A program made the position numbers and the translations under genes. From the NCBI GenBank assembly GCA_045612185.1, contig JAZKYO010000030.1, positions 18,506 to 82,505 of the forward strand: a DNA stretch of 64,000 bases. The letters run 5' to 3'. The notes beneath the pieces were generated by a model. That model made no database searches. It saw only the letters and a list, made by a program, of their open reading frames with translations, and was not told where the DNA came from. Shown piece after piece: positions 59,270 through 64,000 of this stretch (positions are counted from its first letter, which is position 1; each line of letters opens with the position of its first letter). This DNA comes from Eubacteriales bacterium (GTDB lineage Bacteria > Bacillota > Clostridia > Oscillospirales > CAG-272).

Positions 59270-61930
59270 TTGAATCCGCACAATATGACAAAAGAAGAGT
59301 TGCTGACTGCCTTATCCTCAAGCGAAAGTCTTGGCTTGAGCGGTGAAAAAGCGACAGAACTAAAAGAAAAGTTTGGTGAAAACAAGCTTCGCGAAAAGAA
59401 GAAAAAAACCAATCTTCAGCGATTTTTGGATCAGTTCAACGACGTTATGATAATTATTCTCCTGATCGCAGCGGCGATCTCGTTTGTAATCGTCTGCGTT
59501 GAGAAAAATTGGGGAGAGCTTTTTGAGCCTGCGCTTATACTTCTTATCGTAATACTCAACGCTATTATGGGCGTCGTTCAGGAAAGCAAAGCCGAAAAGG
59601 CGCTTGACGCTTTGAAAAACATGTCTGCGCCGCATGCAAGAGTCATCAGAGACGGCAGCGAAAAGGTTATTGACGCCGCCGAGCTTGTTCCCGGTGACAT
59701 CATAAAAGTAGAGGCGGGAGATTTTGTACCCGCGGACGCAAGGCTGCTTCACAGCGCAAGTCTTAAGAGTGAGGAATCGGCTCTTACGGGAGAATCCGTG
59801 CCGTCTGAGAAAGACCATGCAACCGTGGTTGAGGAAAACTCGCCGATAGGTGACAGAACGAACATGATCTTTTCGGGATGCAGTATCACCTACGGCACCG
59901 CTACGGCTATTGTTACAGGAACCGGAATGAACACCGAAATGGGCAAGATAGCCAACCTGCTTGACGGTGAATCCGACTCACAGACTCCCTTACAGCAAAA
60001 GCTCGCTCAGCTTGGAAAATGGCTTGGCATAGTTGCACTTGCCGCTTGCGCGATAATCTTTGTGGTGGGACTTCTTAACAACACCCCCATACTTGAGATA
60101 TTTATGACCTCGGTTTCATTGGCGGTTTCCGCTATTCCCGAAGGACTTCCCGCCATAGTTACAATAGTTCTTTCCATTGGCGTTCAGCGAATGGCGAAGA
60201 AAAACGCGCTTATACGCAGACTTCCCGCTGTTGAAACGCTTGGCAGCGCATCTATAATCTGCTCCGACAAAACAGGTACTCTCACCCAGAACCGCATGAC
60301 GCTTGTAAAAGCTTTTGCGGACGGTGAAGCTGACATTGAGGAAATAAGCGCAAGCAACTCCGACAGCATCAAAAAGCTCCTCACTTACGGCACGCTTTGC
60401 TGTGACGGCTCTGTGGTTTTTGAAGGTGACGAAGAAAAGCACATAGGAGATCCCACGGAAACTGCCATAGTTTTTGCGGCTCATAAAAACGGTCTCGCCA
60501 AGGACTCGCTTAACATTGACTATCCAAGACTTGCCGAGATTCCGTTTGATTCCGACAGAAAGCTTATGTCTACCGTCAACCGTATCAACGGAAAAAACAT
60601 CGTAATCGTTAAAGGCGCGTTTGACATGATGGCTACACGCTGTACGTCAGGCAACATCGAAACGGCGCGCGAAATTACAGACCGAATGAGCAAAGATGCG
60701 CTTCGCGTTCTCGCAATAGCTTGCAAGGAAATTGATACCGTCCCAACCGCTCCGACCTCGGAAGAGCTTGAAAACGGACTTACCTTTATGGGACTTGTTG
60801 GCATGATAGACCCGCCGAGACCCGAGGCCAAGGTTGCGGTAGCTACCTGCCGCAAGGCGGGAATAAAGCCTGTTATGATAACTGGGGACCACGTTGTCAC
60901 AGCTTCGGCAATAGCCAAGGATCTTGGAATTTACGTTGACGGCGATTGTGCTATAACCGGTGCCGAGCTTGACGCCATGAGTGACGAGGAGCTTGACAGC
61001 CGTGTTGAAAGTATTTCGGTATACGCTCGCGTTTCGCCCGAAAACAAAATACGAATAGTTAAGGCATGGCAACGCAAGGGTAAAGTGGTTTCGATGACGG
61101 GTGACGGCGTAAACGACGCCCCCGCGCTTAAAGCCGCAGACATAGGTTGTGCCATGGGTATTACGGGCACAGACGTTGCGAAGGGAGCGGCTGACATGAC
61201 GCTTACCGACGACAACTTTGCTACCATAGTTGATGCCGTTCGCGAGGGGCGCGGAATCTACGCCAACATCAAAAAGGTGGTCGGTTTCCTTTTGGGAACC
61301 AACATTGGCGAGGTTATTACGGTATTCGTGGCTATGCTTCTTTTCCACGTATCTCCCCTGCTATCCATGCAACTGCTTTGGATAAACCTTGTAACAGACA
61401 GTCTTCCCGCCATCGCGCTTGGTATGGAGGCGGTTGAATCCGATATTATGAATCAAAAGCCCAAGCCCAAAAGCGAGGGAATATTTGCCCACGGGCTTTG
61501 GATAAAGGTTATACTTCAGGGAATTATGTTCGCAGGTCTTACTCTGATTGCTTTTGTGGTTGGCACAGGACTTCCCGTCAGCGAGCTTATAAGCGGCGCG
61601 TTCAGGAACGGCGCCAATGAGACGGCACTTGCCCAAGGACAGACGTTGGCGTTTATGGTACTTGCGCTTTGCCAGATAGTTCAGGCTTACAACATGCGTT
61701 CGGAACACTCGCTGTTCAAGATTGGCTTCTTTGGAAACAAAAATCTCAATCTTGCGGCACTCGCTTCAACGCTTCTCGTGGCGCTTGTGCTCTTTACTCC
61801 CGTGGGAATTGCTTTTGGAATGAAGATTCTTTCGTGGAAACTTTACCTCATAGGGCTTGGACTTATCCTTGTACCCCTTGTTGTAATGGAGTTCTGCAAG
61901 CTGGTAGGATTTATCAAGCACAGACACTAA
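59270..61930 (+). CDS. P-type IIA cation-transporting ATPase (Ca2+/Mn2+-type)
   Basis: A TTG at 59270 lies 8 nt after GGGAGG. The alternative ATG is at 59285. The longer track ORF would run through the promoter. Motifs are TM4 '[11 protein letters not shown]', the phosphorylation site 'CSDKTGTLT', 'MITGDHV' and '[12 protein letters not shown]'. Confidence 0.9.
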   Translation: MNPHNMTKEELLTALSSSESLGLSGEKATELKEKFGENKLREKKKKTNLQRFLDQFNDVMIIILLIAAAISFVIVCVEKNWGELFEPALILLIVILNAIMGVVQESKAEKALDALKNMSAPHARVIRDGSEKVIDAAELVPGDIIKVEAGDFVPADARLLHSASLKSEESALTGESVPSEKDHATVVEENSPIGDRTNMIFSGCSITYGTATAIVTGTGMNTEMGKIANLLDGESDSQTPLQQKLAQLGKWLGIVALAACAIIFVVGLLNNTPILEIFMTSVSLAVSAIPEGLPAIVTIVLSIGVQRMAKKNALIRRLPAVETLGSASIICSDKTGTLTQNRMTLVKAFADGEADIEEISASNSDSIKKLLTYGTLCCDGSVVFEGDEEKHIGDPTETAIVFAAHKNGLAKDSLNIDYPRLAEIPFDSDRKLMSTVNRINGKNIVIVKGAFDMMATRCTSGNIETAREITDRMSKDALRVLAIACKEIDTVPTAPTSEELENGLTFMGLVGMIDPPRPEAKVAVATCRKAGIKPVMITGDHVVTASAIAKDLGIYVDGDCAITGAELDAMSDEELDSRVESISVYARVSPENKIRIVKAWQRKGKVVSMTGDGVNDAPALKAADIGCAMGITGTDVAKGAADMTLTDDNFATIVDAVREGRGIYANIKKVVGFLLGTNIGEVITVFVAMLLFHVSPLLSMQLLWINLVTDSLPAIALGMEAVESDIMNQKPKPKSEGIFAHGLWIKVILQGIMFAGLTLIAFVVGTGLPVSELISGAFRNGANETALAQGQTLAFMVLALCQIVQAYNMRSEHSLFKIGFFGNKNLNLAALASTLLVALVLFTPVGIAFGMKILSWKLYLIGLGLILVPLVVMEFCKLVGFIKHRH

Positions 61931-61937
61931 TCAAACA

Positions 61938-61992
61938 AATAACACCTTGTCGCAAGTTTTTAGACAAAGACTTAGCAACAAGGTGTTTATTT
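61938..61992. terminator. bidirectional terminator between the ATPase gene and the glycyl radical enzyme gene
   Basis: The stem is aaataacaccttgt/acaaggtgtttattt with a 26-nt partly paired loop. Confidence 0.7.
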
Positions 61993-64000
61993 TTACATTC
62001 CTTGCAGGAATCTGTCAACCACAAGCTGACGGAATCCGGGGGAAAGTGACGCAAAGTAGGCGGTAAAGCCCGTTACGCGCACCACAAGGTCGGGATAAAG
62101 GTCGGGATTTTCATTGGCGGCAAGCAACTTTTCGGTATCAAGAATATTGATGTTTATAAGCGTTCCGCCTTTTTTGAAGTGCCCCTCGATAAGGTTGAGA
62201 ATAGCGTCCACGCCGCCTTCCTCAATAGATATCATAGGGTCAAACTCTATCTGCAAGGGTGCCGTATTTCCGTATCCGCACTGAACCGAGGCTATTCCGT
62301 TGGACTGCGCTGATGGCGCTCCGTCCTTTCTGAAACGCGGATTGGGATTGGCTCCGTGGGAAATAGGCTCTCCATTTCGTCTACCGTTGGGGGTTGCCCC
62401 CACCTTAGATCCGTATTCGATAGTTCTCGCCCAGCTGAACCACCCCGGAATAAGCTGTCTGCCCTCGGGCATTTTTTGCGCTTTTATCATCGACACCCAG
62501 CTATCGGTAAGCTTGAGCGCCCACTCGTCGGCAATTGTATTTCCGTGGCAATAACGGGGAGCGCTTTGCATCATTGCGCGTATGCGTTCATCCGCAAAGT
62601 CGTTATCGAGCGCATCGTACATCTCGTCCCAGGTAAGTATCTTTTCATTTTCCACACGAGTAACGAGTGCCGCAAAAGAGTCGGCAACAACAGCCAATCC
62701 CGCGCCGTCTATTCCAACGGTATAAAGCTCGGCGCACTGAGATATATCCTCTCCGCGTTCAAGCGTATTGTGCATAAGCAGATTCATAACAAGCTCGGGG
62801 GTTACCTCCCACGCGTGGTCTATATGGTGATTAATTCCTGCCGCCGTCGTCTCTATTGCCTTGGCAAGATGCTCAAGATAAAGTTCGTAAAGGCGCACTG
62901 TGCTTCGCGTGCTCTCTTGTCTCATGTCCTTAAGAGCTTCTTCCATAACCTTTGCGATATTTATTTTTACAGTATCGTTCATAGGAAATTCCTTACCCGG
63001 AACACACATCCAGTTACATCCCACGGCTATGCGCTCACGGGCGGTCTTTTTATCAATACCGTTTCTCATATATCCCTCGGCAAGCGCCTTATCGTTACAA
63101 AAGCGGGGCCAGCCGTTTTTGTTTTTCAGAAGATAATAAACCGCTTTTTTCAAGAATTCTCGATCGCAGTTTTCGTGAACTCTCACCGTAAGGTTGCACG
63201 CGATATTGATAGAATCCGCCGCGTCGAGTATGAGATAAGAAAGATGATTGGTCATATCCATATCGTTTTCATCAACGCCCGAAATCTGATAATAATGGGG
63301 GTCGATAAGAAGCAGGTTGGCTATAAGGAATTTAGCCGTTTCGTCGTCTGTTCTTCCCTCTTTCACGTCGTTTTCATAGAAGGGATACAGAAGGACGTCA
63401 AGCTGAAATCCCGCGCCGTCACGGGTATATATTCTTGAGGCGCAGTTAAAAAATGCCGTCCACTGGCAAGCCTCGCGCAAGGTTTTGGGCGCACCGTATT
63501 TTATATTTTCACAAGCCTCAAGCATACCCTCAAGGTTAGCCTTTACGTCGGCGTTTTTCTCAGCCGCAATCATTTCAACAAGCTTTTTACAGTGGCGGTC
63601 AACGAAGTCGATAATCGCAAGCAGTGTTCTCTCTTCCGCGTCGTAAAATGCCTTTTTATCGGTGTTTATCTTGCGGTATTTGCGCACCTTTTCAAGCAAT
63701 CCGCCAAAGCCAAGTTCAAAGCCTATCTTATAATCACAGGCAAAATGTGCGTCTCCGTCAATACCCGTAGTAATATTATATTTAGCTTGCAGGGGCTTAA
63801 GGTGATCGTAGGGAAATCTCTGCTCGTCCCAACGCTTACTCCACTGATTTGTCGCGCCGTTCTTGATAAACTCAAGATTTTTAAGATTATTTTTAAGCCA
63901 GTCGGGCATATAGTGAAGGTCGCCTCGGTAGTTTACAAGCATATCGCGCCATCTTCCGCAAAGCATTTCATTGGGATCGATATAAGGCGCGTGGGCGTTG
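61993..64000 (-). CDS. glycyl radical enzyme (PFL2/eliminase-like superfamily), N-terminus cut by the window edge
   Basis: The C-terminal glycyl radical motif is 'VVRVTGFTAYFASL'. The Cys loop reads 'IAVGCNWMCVPG'. The frame stays open to nt 64000 beyond the Met at 63966. Confidence 0.85.
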   Translation of the reverse strand, partial: NAHAPYIDPNEMLCGRWRDMLVNYRGDLHYMPDWLKNNLKNLEFIKNGATNQWSKRWDEQRFPYDHLKPLQAKYNITTGIDGDAHFACDYKIGFELGFGGLLEKVRKYRKINTDKKAFYDAEERTLLAIIDFVDRHCKKLVEMIAAEKNADVKANLEGMLEACENIKYGAPKTLREACQWTAFFNCASRIYTRDGAGFQLDVLLYPFYENDVKEGRTDDETAKFLIANLLLIDPHYYQISGVDENDMDMTNHLSYLILDAADSINIACNLTVRVHENCDREFLKKAVYYLLKNKNGWPRFCNDKALAEGYMRNGIDKKTARERIAVGCNWMCVPGKEFPMNDTVKINIAKVMEEALKDMRQESTRSTVRLYELYLEHLAKAIETTAAGINHHIDHAWEVTPELVMNLLMHNTLERGEDISQCAELYTVGIDGAGLAVVADSFAALVTRVENEKILTWDEMYDALDNDFADERIRAMMQSAPRYCHGNTIADEWALKLTDSWVSMIKAQKMPEGRQLIPGWFSWARTIEYGSKVGATPNGRRNGEPISHGANPNPRFRKDGAPSAQSNGIASVQCGYGNTAPLQIEFDPMISIEEGGVDAILNLIEGHFKKGGTLININILDTEKLLAANENPDLYPDLVVRVTGFTAYFASLSPGFRQLVVDRFLQGM

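Noticed and set aside
1-64000. CRISPR arrays, tRNA/rRNA genes, transposases, integrases and prophage modules
   Set aside because: I found no regularly spaced direct repeats. The recurring GC-rich hairpins are single gene-end terminators with different sequences. I noticed no cloverleaf-like or rRNA-like stretches in the intergenic regions. No ORF has DDE, tyrosine or serine recombinase motifs.

Overview
This 64-kb window looks like an endospore-forming Firmicute (Clostridia-like), based on spoIIAA-spoIIAB-sigF, an IspH-S1 fusion and glycyl-radical enzyme genes. That taxonomic placement is inference from gene content. I support about 46 CDS. Genes between about 6.6 and 44.2 kb are all on the minus strand. 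I found no rRNA, tRNA, CRISPR array, transposase, integrase or reverse transcriptase. Housekeeping content includes an OmpR-type two-component system plus HtrA-like protease, the spoIIA operon, an EF-G2-type GTPase, pgk-tpiA, cmk-plsC-ispH/S1 and rsmA. It also includes a Na/Pi cotransporter, a cysteine desulfurase, three M42 peptidases, murD, a type IIA topoisomerase B subunit, a P-type IIA ATPase and a 5'-truncated glycyl radical enzyme. Two accessory arrays stand out. (1) At 10.6-21.7 kb are four tandem paralogous lipoproteins with one or two DNRLRE/CBM96-like modules plus a conserved ~500-aa domain carrying clan GH-A-like NE/E catalytic motifs. (2) At 24.1-31.5 kb are six tandem paralogous lipoproteins built from a lipobox, a T/P/D/E linker, 2-4 repeated His/Cys mini-modules and a beta-sandwich-like C-terminal domain. 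I cannot assign array 2 to any named family, and it is my best candidate for an undescribed system. A PMI-like cupin and a PocR-AraC regulator sit next to it. A second notable item is a structured leader at 58962-59081 on the minus strand. It has the GGGGAGUAG hallmark of the yybP-ykoY (Mn2+) riboswitch and an intrinsic terminator. Unusually, it precedes a TetR-family regulator that is divergent from the Ca2+/Mn2+-type P-type ATPase. All family calls come from motif recognition by eye. No searches were run.
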